The position numbers and the translations under genes were made by a program. Under the pieces are notes generated by a model, which was not told the DNA's origin, searched no databases, and saw only the letters and a program-made list of their open reading frames with translations. Positions 16,921 through 25,867 of a stretch of DNA of 64,000 bases are shown piece by piece. This stretch comes from a virus. The DNA lies in IMG/VR virus record IMGVR_UViG_3300046747_000672, positions 49,763 through 113,762 of that record; one strand, written 5' to 3'. The first letter of the stretch is position 1. The number at the start of each line of letters is the position of its first letter.

Positions 16921-17219
16921 CCCTTCTCTTCGGGGTCCGCCTTCGCGATCTCGTCGTGATCGAACGTCACCCTGCCAGGCGGCGGGGGAGGCGGCTGGAG
17001 GTCTCCTGGCGCAGCGGGCAGCGGGGGCACGACGGGCAGCATCTCCTTTGCCTCCCAGGTCACGGCCGCCTCGCAGCGCGTCCCATCGTCGCCGATCGGA
17101 ACGCCGCACGGCGGGAGTCGCTCGCCGTAGACCGCGCTGGCCTTCGTTTCGTGCCCCAAGTCGCAGACGCCCACGAGTTCCGTTGCCCGATGTATCGGGG
17201 CGCCCGTTCGCTGCGGCAT
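16917..17219 (-). CDS. Counter-oriented 100-aa protein (Cys/His ribbon, Pro-rich tail)
   Basis: AAAGGAGGGGGAG SD before ATG 17219; high GC3 on minus strand; stop shares CTAG with the convergent gene. Confidence 0.6.
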   Translation of the reverse strand: MPQRTGAPIHRATELVGVCDLGHETKASAVYGERLPPCGVPIGDDGTRCEAAVTWEAKEMLPVVPPLPAAPGDLQPPPPPPGRVTFDHDEIAKADPEEKG

Positions 17220-17247
17220 CTCCCCCTCCTTTCGTCGGAGGCGCGCC

Positions 17248-17628
17248 ATGGTTGACCGCCTCCAGAGCCACGCTACGCCGACGGGCGAGCGCCACAATCC
17301 TGAGAATCCGTCGCCTGGACAGGCGTGTGGGGCGGAGTTGCCCCGGGTCGACGTGGATGCCATTCGGGCGCGGCTCGCGAAAGCGAGCTCCAAGCCGTGG
17401 CAGCTTGCCGGGACGTATCCTGACGTCACCGTTCTCGACGGCACCGCGGACTCGCGGTTCGTCGCTGAATGCAGCGACACGGACGACGCCAGCTTCATCG
17501 CTCACGCGAGCGCCGATGTGCCCGCCCTTTGCGACGAGGTCGAGCGCCTGCGCGCCGAGCTCGCCAAGACCGAGCAGGAACTCGTGGTCGCCACGAAGTT
17601 CGTCCTGCTGGCGCTGGGAGGCAAATAG
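17248..17628 (+). CDS. Ead/Ea22-like protein
   Basis: IRARLAKASSKPW...DASFIAHASADVPALCDEVERLRAEL. Confidence 0.75.
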   Translation: MVDRLQSHATPTGERHNPENPSPGQACGAELPRVDVDAIRARLAKASSKPWQLAGTYPDVTVLDGTADSRFVAECSDTDDASFIAHASADVPALCDEVERLRAELAKTEQELVVATKFVLLALGGK

Positions 17629-17631
17629 ACA

Positions 17632-18039
17632 ATGCCCCGGCGTCCGCTTCTCTCGTGCTTCCGTCTGTGGGACCGCCCTACGGAGACTCATGATGCGGCA
17701 AAGGTGCCCACGGCCGGCGCGCCGCTCAAGACTGAGCGCCTGAGCAACCCTGAACTTTCGGGGGCCGAATGCACTGAACATTGCCCGCCAACGGTAAGGA
17801 GCGGTCCGCTGCCGTTCGAGGAGCCGAACCCGAGCGCGACGGGGACCATCTTCTATCTGCCACGCGAGTCGGGCGCCGACGAGTTCGTGGCGTTTGTGCC
17901 TGGCAACGAGCCCGTGTGGGAGCTCCGAGACCACGACGAGGCGCAGCGGCGCCTTCGCGAGGCGATGTCCGCGCGGCCAGGCATCGCGAAAACGGTCGGC
18001 GCGCCACGCCCGAAGACGGCGGCGGGAGGTGGAGAGTGA
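17632..18039 (+). CDS. Hypothetical protein; probably only 17809-18039 is coding (CTG start after TAAGGAG)
   Basis: 5' half is hairpin-rich and not protein-like; strong SD at 17795-17801. Confidence 0.4.
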   Translation: MPRRPLLSCFRLWDRPTETHDAAKVPTAGAPLKTERLSNPELSGAECTEHCPPTVRSGPLPFEEPNPSATGTIFYLPRESGADEFVAFVPGNEPVWELRDHDEAQRRLREAMSARPGIAKTVGAPRPKTAAGGGE

Positions 18040-18203
18040 TGGCGTTTCCGCTCGTCCCGCTCCCGTTTTCACGTGCACACGCCCCCGGCGACGACGATAG
18101 CCGCCACGTCGCATCTCGTCTCCCGGGCGACCGGTCGAGCGACGAACGACGGATGCGCGGGCGGGCGATGAGAGTTGAGCGCGCTGCGGCGCAGGAGGTC
18201 TGA

Positions 18204-19292
18204 ATGGGTGAATCGTTAAGAGATCGATTGAAGGTTGGGGCGCGAGTCCGAAGCATGCGCGTGGGATCGCTCGGGCGCGGTTTGTTTCCGGATGGGGCAA
18301 TAGCGGACGTCACCGGCGTCGGCGACGTCAGGGTTTTGGGCTCCACGTTCGATTTCGCGGCTCGGATTCAGGACGGCGTCGCCCCCGCCTTGGGTCACGC
18401 GAGCGAGCAAGGTTTCTTATGGGCAGAACTCGAAGCCGGCGACGTCGTGATCGTGGAGGACGAGCCGAAGGGGTGGTGCGTTCGATGGGACATGCCACGC
18501 GATGAGGTCCGATGGCTTGATCGCCCCAAACTGTGCAGTTGGCCGGTCGATCCGTCGAAGGCTCTCGTCTACGACTCGCGCGAGGAGGCCGAGACGTACA
18601 TTCGCGACAGTGGCGTGCGCGACTGCCTCGTCGTCCACGCCCCGCCCGAAGCCATCGCGGCGGCGAAGAAGCGGGATACGATTCCGGCGCCGCCGTCCGT
18701 CGGCACCAAAGCGCGCGGCGAGGTCTGCGGTCAATCGCTGGCATCCTTCTACCTCATGCGAGGAAATCAGCTCGTCGCGGCCGATGGCACCGTGTTTGTT
18801 GTGACTTGCAGCGGCGGCGTTTTCGCTGGAAACCCATTTCCGATCGAGTGCGCTAAAGCCGGCGTGGCTGGCAATCGAGCGCCCGGCGCCGTGCTTCGGT
18901 GGCGGCCGTTTCCGCCGCCGCACGCTCCAGAATTTGTGGTGGTGACCGCTGCCGGCCTCACCGGCGGCAGCAACGGCGACGAGTTCGCGCACACGGTCAA
19001 GGTCGACGCGCGGGTCGGCGTCCGCGGCGTCCGCGAACTCTCCGGCGATGTGGTCGGACCGAATCCGGCGCGCTCGACAGACAATGCGCTACCGGTCCTC
19101 GCCTGCCGGCTCTTCATCGAGGACAACGCCGCCGACATCGAGCTCCGCTCCGAAGCGTCCTACCGACTACCGCCCGACCAGCAGCCGGCGCGCGATCGCG
19201 CGGCTCTGACGATGTGGCAGTTGGCGTCGCCTGCGACCCGCCAGCGCTATGCAGAGCGCGCCGCGCGCCTCTTCTCCGTGGGAGGCAAGTAA
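18204..19292 (+). CDS. Mosaic multi-domain hypothetical protein
   Basis: 362-aa ORF, GGAGG SD, TAATG coupling to next gene. Confidence 0.7.
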   Translation: MGESLRDRLKVGARVRSMRVGSLGRGLFPDGAIADVTGVGDVRVLGSTFDFAARIQDGVAPALGHASEQGFLWAELEAGDVVIVEDEPKGWCVRWDMPRDEVRWLDRPKLCSWPVDPSKALVYDSREEAETYIRDSGVRDCLVVHAPPEAIAAAKKRDTIPAPPSVGTKARGEVCGQSLASFYLMRGNQLVAADGTVFVVTCSGGVFAGNPFPIECAKAGVAGNRAPGAVLRWRPFPPPHAPEFVVVTAAGLTGGSNGDEFAHTVKVDARVGVRGVRELSGDVVGPNPARSTDNALPVLACRLFIEDNAADIELRSEASYRLPPDQQPARDRAALTMWQLASPATRQRYAERAARLFSVGGK

Positions 19293-19834
19293 TGCGCGAG
19301 CGCATCTACAAGATGGGCGACACCGTTCGCGCGAAGTTCCAAATCAACGTCATCCCCAAGGGCAGCTTCGGGACCGTCATCGTTTGTGGCTGCGACCCGG
19401 ACAAGGAGTGCGTCCAGTTCAAGGAGACGACGATGCACTTCTCGCCCGTCACGATCGGGTGGGTGGAGCGGGCGGCCGATGCCGATGCACCCAAGGTCAG
19501 GCTTCTTCCGTCGAGCACAATTACGTCGCGGGGATGGGTGCTCGTGCCCCGCGCGCACGTCGCCTCATCGCCGGACGACCTCGCGCTCTCCTTGCAACTC
19601 GCCCGCGCCCTTGCCGAAACCGAGGAACTCCGCGCCGCCAAGGCCTCGCTTGAAGCGGAGCGCAACGACCTCCTCGCGCGCAACGCGAAGCTCGCCGACG
19701 TCGCGGCAACCCGGGACGAGATCGACGCCCACCGCGCTCGCCTGATGGACGAGAACATCAAGTTTCGCCGCGAGCTGGAGCGCGCCGCGCCGAACTTCAT
19801 CGCGACCTACGACCGGAACCGGGGCAAGAAGTGA
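19292..19834 (+). CDS. Hypothetical protein (SH3-like N-terminus, coiled-coil C-terminus)
   Basis: YKMGDTVRA...PKGSFGTVI; heptad-rich tail. Confidence 0.65.
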   Translation: MRERIYKMGDTVRAKFQINVIPKGSFGTVIVCGCDPDKECVQFKETTMHFSPVTIGWVERAADADAPKVRLLPSSTITSRGWVLVPRAHVASSPDDLALSLQLARALAETEELRAAKASLEAERNDLLARNAKLADVAATRDEIDAHRARLMDENIKFRRELERAAPNFIATYDRNRGKK

Positions 19835-20040
19835 TGCGCGCCGGCACCCTCGTCGCCATCGTCTGCATCATTGCCTTCGCCAGGCACGTCTGGGAATACT
19901 CCCACAGCAGCCCGCCCGCTGTTGAGGCGGCCGCGCAGTTCAGCGGGTGGCTGATGGGTTTTGGCGAGGCGGCGATTGCCTTCGGCGCTGGGTTCGCCTT
20001 GACGTGGTTCAGGCGGGCGCTTGGAGTCGAGCATGAATGA
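19831..20040 (+). CDS. Small two-helix membrane protein
   Basis: Two hydrophobic segments. Confidence 0.55.
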   Translation: MMRAGTLVAIVCIIAFARHVWEYSHSSPPAVEAAAQFSGWLMGFGEAAIAFGAGFALTWFRRALGVEHE

Positions 20041-20312
20041 CCTTTTCGCCGGGCTTGCCGTGCTGTTCGAGGCGGGCCTCATCGTCGCCTTCGTGGCGAG
20101 TGTCGTCGGGGCACGAGGCGGACGATGACCGTCACCATCCTCTCGCCGATCGCCGGCCCGAAGCTCCGCTGCTTGCGCTGTAACGTCCTCCGCGCCTTCG
20201 AGCGGAAGGGCGCGCTCGATGTCGTCTGGCGCTGGAGCCCGTTCAAAATGTCGCAGCGTGCCGCGTTCCGGAAGGAGCATGTGCGCTGCCGTTCGGAAGG
20301 AGTCGCGTCGTA

Positions 20313-20705
20313 ATGTGTTCTTGCGATTCAGGCGACGGGCCGGACTTTACGGCTTACGTCAACCGCCGAGCGCGGAAGCCGCACCGGTGCTGCGAGTGCC
20401 AGCGGACGATCCGTGTTGGCGACATCTACCAGCGCATCTCTGTCGGCTACGAGAGGACCGTATCGTCGTATTCGTCGTGCGTCGCGTGCGCCCGTCTTTC
20501 GCACGCGTTCTGGCTTGTTGGCGATGGCGATTGCGCGCCACTCTTTGGCGAACTTCTCGAATGCACGCGCGAACTGATTCGCGAGGACATGTTCGGCGAA
20601 GACAAGACGGCGACCGAGCGAAGGATTGTGGAGGCGTTCATGGCGCCAAGCAGAACGGAGCGCCTCGCCGCCAAGTCGATTACGGAGGATCGGCCGACGC
20701 CATGA
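20313..20705 (+). CDS. Zn-finger phage protein (RARKPHRCCEC motif)
   Basis: ARKPHRCCECQRTIRVGDIY...CVAC. Confidence 0.75.
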   Translation: MCSCDSGDGPDFTAYVNRRARKPHRCCECQRTIRVGDIYQRISVGYERTVSSYSSCVACARLSHAFWLVGDGDCAPLFGELLECTRELIREDMFGEDKTATERRIVEAFMAPSRTERLAAKSITEDRPTP

Positions 20706-21007
20706 CCGACGAGCTCAAAACCTGCCGCGCCTGCGGCATCGAGAAGCCCGTCGGGCCAGGTGGCGCGTTCTCGCCCACGCGCGGCGACTGGCGTCCGGAG
20801 TGCCGCGAGTGCGATGCCGAACGTCGCCGCAAGCTCCGCCGCCCGACGATGAACGATGTTCCGCCGGTCGAGGAAGGCGTACCGGCGAGCTACGAGCAGA
20901 TCGCCGCGGTGATGGATACGACCGTGTCTGCCGTGCAGAACCTCGAACGGCGGGCGCTGCGGAAGCTGGCGCACAACCATACTGCTCGGAAGGAGTGGGC
21001 GTCGTGA
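20702..21007 (+). CDS. Zn ribbon plus sigma70 region-4-like HTH
   Basis: KTCRACGIEKP...CREC; SYEQIAAVMDTTVSAVQNLERRALRKL. Confidence 0.7.
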   Translation: MTDELKTCRACGIEKPVGPGGAFSPTRGDWRPECRECDAERRRKLRRPTMNDVPPVEEGVPASYEQIAAVMDTTVSAVQNLERRALRKLAHNHTARKEWAS

Positions 21008-21276
21008 ACTGCCAGCCGATCGACAACATGTCTTCCGCGTGCGCGAAGACCGCGGAGGCAATTGCGGCGAGCCGAGGATTTACGCTCGCCGAACTGCTGC
21101 CACGAGACAGGACTCGTCCGCTTGCTTGGACGCGCCAGCACATCTGGGCCGAACTCCACGCAAGCGGCATCGGTTACCGGCGGATCGCCAAGCTGTTCGG
21201 CGTTCACAAGACGACCGTCCAGTACGGCGTTGACGCACACTTGAATCGGCAGCCTCGCGCAAGGAGAGCCATATGA
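21004..21276 (+). CDS. DnaA C-terminal-like HTH protein
   Basis: ELLPRDRTRPLAWTRQHIW...GYRRIAKLFGVHKTTVQYGV. Confidence 0.7.
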   Translation: MNCQPIDNMSSACAKTAEAIAASRGFTLAELLPRDRTRPLAWTRQHIWAELHASGIGYRRIAKLFGVHKTTVQYGVDAHLNRQPRARRAI

Positions 21277-21512
21277 CCCACGACTCCGACCTCCTCGCCG
21301 AGCTCGACCATCTGATCGAGCTCATCCAATCGGCGCCGATCGTCGCCGCCTTCGACAGCGAAGGCAACGGTCCGATTCTCTCGATCGCCGACAACCACTT
21401 GTTCGGGGACGATGGCCCCATTCGCAAGCAGGCCGCTCGGGTGCGCGAGCTCGCCATGCAAGCAGAACTCGACCGCGAACTCGCCGAGCGCATGAAGGGT
21501 GAAGGAAAATGA
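21273..21512 (+). CDS. Hypothetical protein
   Basis: AAGGAG SD, coupled. Confidence 0.6.
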   Translation: MTHDSDLLAELDHLIELIQSAPIVAAFDSEGNGPILSIADNHLFGDDGPIRKQAARVRELAMQAELDRELAERMKGEGK

Positions 21513-21687
21513 AGCTTGTAACGGACGCTCCAAGCCCGCATCGGTGCGGCAAGCACCACGAGATGCTGTCGGACGTATTGGAGTCCGACGGCGCGATCAG
21601 CCGCGTCTGCGGGGTCTGCTGCTCGCTCCGCGAGATCGACGTCGTGCGCGGCCTGCATGTCCGCGTGGCGGCGGAGAGGAGGGTTGG

Positions 21688-22374
21688 GTGAACCATTTCA
21701 ATTGCCGCCCATGGACCTCGCAGGAACTCGACGCCCTGCGCTCTCGCTACCTGACTGTTGCCGCCGACACGCTCTCTGCCGAGCTCCGCCGGTCGCGTTC
21801 CGCCATCTTTCACAAGGCGACACGCCTCGGACTCGTAAAGAACCGTCGATGGACGGCGGCGGACGACAATGCGCTCCGATACCTGTGGGGAGAGCTACCG
21901 CTTCGACAGATCGCCGACAAGCTAGGCCGGTCGCCGCTCACCATCTACTGGCGCGCCCAGAAGATCGGACTTTCGCTCGGCGTCGCAGACGGGTCCGAAT
22001 ACCTGAGTCACGCCGCCGCTCGAGCCGGCTACACGAGCGTGCAGCTTCGGAGGATTCTGAAGTGGGCCGGCGTTCGCGTTCGTCGAGCTATGTCGCGCAA
22101 CACCAGAAACGGGCGACGCGTGCCGCATATCGTGGTGCCATTTGACGTCGACGAGGCCATTGCGGCATGGCACCGAACGGAGACCGTTGAGGAAGCGGCG
22201 CGGCGGCACGGCATCTGCGGCGACACGCTCCGAAGGTGGTTGATCGAGGCGGCCGATGCTGGCGCGAAGGTCCCGAAGAAACCGACGCGGTTTCGCGCGC
22301 ACTGGCGAGTCGAAACGGTAACGCTCGATGAGGTTGTTCGGGCGCGACTAGGCGAGAGCAGGAGGGCCGCTTGA
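21688..22374 (+). CDS. Tandem Myb/SANT-like repeat and HTH DNA-binding protein
   Basis: WTSQELDALRSRY and WTAADDNALRYLW repeats; further HTHs (TVEEAARRHGICGDTLRRW). Confidence 0.75.
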   Translation: MNHFNCRPWTSQELDALRSRYLTVAADTLSAELRRSRSAIFHKATRLGLVKNRRWTAADDNALRYLWGELPLRQIADKLGRSPLTIYWRAQKIGLSLGVADGSEYLSHAAARAGYTSVQLRRILKWAGVRVRRAMSRNTRNGRRVPHIVVPFDVDEAIAAWHRTETVEEAARRHGICGDTLRRWLIEAADAGAKVPKKPTRFRAHWRVETVTLDEVVRARLGESRRAA

Positions 22375-22925
22375 CGCAATCCGTTCTCCGCATCGGCAAC
22401 GAGCCCGTCCAGAAACCCGGCCGGTCGAAGCAGGACTACGAGACCCCGCCCGACCTCATCGCCGCCATCGAGGCGCGATGGGGCAAACTCACCGTCGACC
22501 TCGCGGCGCGCGCCGACAACGCGAAGTGTCCGCGCTTCATCACGCCGGAGCAAGACTCGCTGGTTCAGGATTGGGCGGCGTGGATCGGCGACGGCATCGG
22601 GTGGCTGAACCCGGAGTTCGCCGACATCTCGGAGTGGGCAGCGAAGTGCGCCGGATGCATTGGCATCAGGGCCATCATGCTCACGCCAGCGTCGATCGGC
22701 AGCGAGTGGTTCGCTGACCATTGCGAACTGACCGCGAAAGTCGTCGGGCTCCGACCGCGGATCTGCTTTGGCGGATGCCATCAGCTCTACCCGGCGAAGC
22801 ACCCGAAAGCCGGACAACGTAACTGTGACGAGTCGTGCTTTGGCTGCGCGACCTATCCCAAAGATTGCATGCTGACGCTGTGGGGATTCGGGCCGCCGAC
22901 GTTCGAGTCGTGGAGGTGGAAGTGA
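22371..22925 (+). CDS. Phage Dam-like DNA N6-adenine methyltransferase (NPEF variant)
   Basis: QDYETPPDL...VDLAARADNAKC...DSLVQDW...WLNPEF...LTPASIGSEWF...RICF. Confidence 0.8.
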   Translation: MTQSVLRIGNEPVQKPGRSKQDYETPPDLIAAIEARWGKLTVDLAARADNAKCPRFITPEQDSLVQDWAAWIGDGIGWLNPEFADISEWAAKCAGCIGIRAIMLTPASIGSEWFADHCELTAKVVGLRPRICFGGCHQLYPAKHPKAGQRNCDESCFGCATYPKDCMLTLWGFGPPTFESWRWK

Positions 22926-23155
22926 CCACCGACCGCGCCGCCTACGTCCGCCACTGGGACGCCATGGTCCCCCGCTACGCGCAGTGCGTCACCTGCAGCC
23001 GCACGCGCGAAACCGCCGGCGGGCTAGCGCGGCTTTCGGTCGACGGCTGGACGTTCGAGCTCCGCGTGCAAGGCCTCGCGTTTCGCTGCGCGGAGTGCTC
23101 GGCGGCGGCGGCGCACCGAGATGCCTCAGAAAAACGAAGGATGGCCGCACGATGA
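22922..23155 (+). CDS. Small Zn-ribbon protein
   Basis: CVTC...GW...CAEC. Confidence 0.6.
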   Translation: MTTDRAAYVRHWDAMVPRYAQCVTCSRTRETAGGLARLSVDGWTFELRVQGLAFRCAECSAAAAHRDASEKRRMAAR

Positions 23156-23445
23156 CAACGAAGCGTTTCGACCTCACCCCCATCGAGCCGGTTCTTCCCG
23201 GCCCGCCGCTGACCCGCGAGGAGTTCCGCGCCGCGAGCCAGAGAATCAGCCCGCATCCTCGAGTGCCGGACGAAGTCCCCGTCACCATCGCCGCCGGCTA
23301 CCTGAACGACCCCACCATCTGGTGCTACTGGGAGACCGAGTACGCCGACGAGGGCAGCGTCGGGCCGTTCGCCTCGCGCGAGGAGGCGGCTGCTCACGCG
23401 GTGTCGATGGGGTATGCGGTGGCGGAAGAAGGAGAGGCGCAGTGA
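23152..23445 (+). CDS. Hypothetical protein (GPFASREEA motif)
   Basis: Coupled. Confidence 0.6.
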   Translation: MTTKRFDLTPIEPVLPGPPLTREEFRAASQRISPHPRVPDEVPVTIAAGYLNDPTIWCYWETEYADEGSVGPFASREEAAAHAVSMGYAVAEEGEAQ

Positions 23446-23704
23446 GTGAGCGTCGAGTCGCCCCCCATCAGCTTATCGCCTTGCTTGCCTCGCTGGCGAC
23501 GGGGCAGGACGCCGACGTGGGCCCGATCGGGTACAGCGCAACGCCGCGATCGACGTCGGCGAGAACGACGTCTGAGGTTGCCTGCGGCGCACCTATTTCG
23601 CGTCGCAAAGTCCCCCGCGAACTGACGGCTGGCGAGCGACGCGCCATCGAAAGGCGCGAACGCAAGGCGGCCCGGCGACTGGAACTCGAAAGGAGACAGG
23701 GCCG

Positions 23705-23998
23705 ATGATCTCCGCCGGCTACCACATTCTCTCCCTCAAATGGTCGCGCGACGGCGTCATCACGTGGTGGCAGGCGAACAACTCCGGCTACACGACGTGG
23801 CTGGAGAACGCGGGTGTCTATACCGCCGAACAGGTAGCGGCAAAGCCGGACTACTACAACGACGGAGAAAGCGCGCTCGCGGTGCCCGTGTCAGCGATCG
23901 CGGAAATGCGCCAGCGGACCATTGTGGAGATGACCTTTGAGAACTTGCGCATCGCCAGGGATGCGGCTCCGTCGGCGGCGGCGAGGAGGACAGCGTGA
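23705..23998 (+). CDS. Conserved phage protein (WWQANNSGYT..LENAGVYT motif)
   Basis: Recognisable phage hypothetical motif; coupled. Confidence 0.75.
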   Translation: MISAGYHILSLKWSRDGVITWWQANNSGYTTWLENAGVYTAEQVAAKPDYYNDGESALAVPVSAIAEMRQRTIVEMTFENLRIARDAAPSAAARRTA

Positions 23999-24288
23999 GC
24001 GAACCAAAGAAGCGCGAGAAGTGGTCCTCCACTATGAGTGGCGAACAGGCGACGCTTTCAGCGCAGATCCGCTTTCGCGCGCCGAAGGCGCTCTATGTGG
24101 TCGTCAAAGTGGGGGACGCGTTCAACGCTGGCGATATCACGTACGCGTTCCCGCACGACGATTCCCCGTACGACTACGACCTCGAGGCTAACGAGTGCAT
24201 CCTCGTCTACCGGCTGGATGAGACGGTGGTACCGCTGACGCGGTTGCTGGATGGCGATGCTGGGGACGCTCCGAAGGAGCCGACGTGA
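23995..24288 (+). CDS. Hypothetical protein
   Basis: GGAGG-type SD, coupled. Confidence 0.55.
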   Translation: MSEPKKREKWSSTMSGEQATLSAQIRFRAPKALYVVVKVGDAFNAGDITYAFPHDDSPYDYDLEANECILVYRLDETVVPLTRLLDGDAGDAPKEPT

Positions 24289-24606
24289 CCGCCGAGTCGT
24301 TGCGCGTAGATGCGCCCGCTGGCGGGCCTTCGCTGCATTGCCAGCGAGACCCCATGTCCTGCCGGCCGTCGTTCTGTGCCTGTCACTGCGCTGACTGCAC
24401 TGCCGCATATTGGTCCGGCTCACCCCTTCCCGCGAGGACCGTGTGAGCGCCTCAAAGCAGAACGGCAAGCGCAAGCGCCCGCGGAAGCTCACCGAAGAAC
24501 GCGCCGCCTCGATCAATCGCAAGCGTGACCTCGTCGAGGGCCCCGGCTCGCTCGAACGCGACCAGATCAGAGTTCGCGCTGGTCGCGGGCAGACCGTGAG
24601 GGAACC

Positions 24607-25110
24607 ATGACCGCCCCGAAGCAAGCCGCGGCGGGTGGCGCGCCAGTCTACACCGAGTCCCGCGCCGACGGGTGGCCGCTCTGCCCGCGGTGTGGTGAAG
24701 ACGAGCTGTGGAGCGCTGGCGATGAGACCGACCAATCCTTCAAGCCGACGATCGAAAGCATCGCAGGTTGCTACATGTGCGGATGGGAGCCAATAAAGCG
24801 TGAGTGGTCAGTGCCAGAGGTCCCACTCGCAGTGTTGCGTGAAGCGGCGATGCGCGAAGGCAGAACTCTTGTGCCGGTCATCAGGGTCTCGCCGAAGCAA
24901 GCAGCGACGGCCGTGTCACCGCCGACCGAGCGCGAGATCGCCGCCGCATATGCGCAAGATCGCTCGGAGCAGTACACCGACAAGTCGAGCGCGAAGTGCG
25001 CGCTGGAGGACCTCGCGGCAGCGTTGCGAGGCGGCGAACACATGGCGGCGTTCGAGCACGGCGAGCTGGACGACCTAATCGCATGGGCGAGGAAGCGGAG
25101 GAGGAAGTGA
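24607..25110 (+). CDS. Zn-ribbon mosaic protein
   Basis: CPRCGEDELWS...CYMCGW. Confidence 0.65.
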   Translation: MTAPKQAAAGGAPVYTESRADGWPLCPRCGEDELWSAGDETDQSFKPTIESIAGCYMCGWEPIKREWSVPEVPLAVLREAAMREGRTLVPVIRVSPKQAATAVSPPTEREIAAAYAQDRSEQYTDKSSAKCALEDLAAALRGGEHMAAFEHGELDDLIAWARKRRRK

Positions 25111-25544
25111 TGGGCGAGGCGATCGTTGGCCGGCCGCTCCGCGCGGCGTTTTGCTCGGTCATCCGATACGACGGCGCTTGCCGCCAGCTGTGTATTCGCT
25201 CGAATTGCAAGGAGCCAGCGCAAGATGCTGTCCATTGGACTTGCGAGCGGCACACGAAGGAGTTGGAGGAAGCCGCCCGATGCAGATGGGACGATGGGTG
25301 GCGCGGCCGCTGCGGCAAGCCTGCAATCGAGAAAAGCTGGTTCTGCGCCGAGCATGCGGGAAAGACCTGCGCCGGGTGCGGATCTCCCGCCGTTCGGTCT
25401 TGCGACCATACCGGCACCCAGTTCGTTTGCGGCGCCCCGATCTGCTCGAACTGCGCGCATGGCCCGGCGCCCCACAGCAGCTTGCTCGGAATGGGCGGCG
25501 GCCATCAGCCAACCGCCGCCGAGCCGAAGGGAGGCGCGCGGTGA
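25110..25544 (+). CDS. Very Cys/His-rich multi-Zn-finger protein
   Basis: Many Cys in C..C..C..H and CxxC arrays. Confidence 0.65.
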   Translation: MGEAIVGRPLRAAFCSVIRYDGACRQLCIRSNCKEPAQDAVHWTCERHTKELEEAARCRWDDGWRGRCGKPAIEKSWFCAEHAGKTCAGCGSPAVRSCDHTGTQFVCGAPICSNCAHGPAPHSSLLGMGGGHQPTAAEPKGGAR

Positions 25545-25867
25545 CAGACGAAGAATTGAAGGCCATCCACGCACGCGTCCTGCATCCAGGCGGAACGCGC
25601 GACAGACCAAGCACCGACCGCGCCGCGCTTTGGGTATACGCGTGCGAACTCCGCGCTGAACTGGCCTCCGCGAGAACGACTATCGCATTCCGCAGCGGCG
25701 AGTTCGCCGAACTGCGCGCCGAGAACGCGAAGCTCCGAAAGCAAATCGAGTTTCTCGAACTAGTCGTGCGGCAAGGCCCATTGCCGACCACGGTGCTGTG
25801 CGCCGCCGTTGGCTCGGACGACTGGACGGAGTGCGCGACCCCGCACGCGGCGAAGGAAACCAAGTGA
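25541..25867 (+). CDS. Hypothetical coiled-coil protein
   Basis: GGAGG SD, coupled. Confidence 0.6.
   Translation: MTDEELKAIHARVLHPGGTRDRPSTDRAALWVYACELRAELASARTTIAFRSGEFAELRAENAKLRKQIEFLELVVRQGPLPTTVLCAAVGSDDWTECATPHAAKETK

Noticed and set aside
17700-17775. Resemblance to the 5' half of a TPP riboswitch (GGTGC...CTGAG...ACCC TGAAC)
   Set aside because: The conserved 3' half (CTGAT...ATGCCAGCGTAGG) is absent and the context is unrelated to thiamine
15820-18300. 826-aa minus-strand ORF spanning cro and several early genes
   Set aside because: Arg/Ala/Pro-rich shadow frame typical of high-GC DNA; overlaps well-supported plus-strand genes; no motifs
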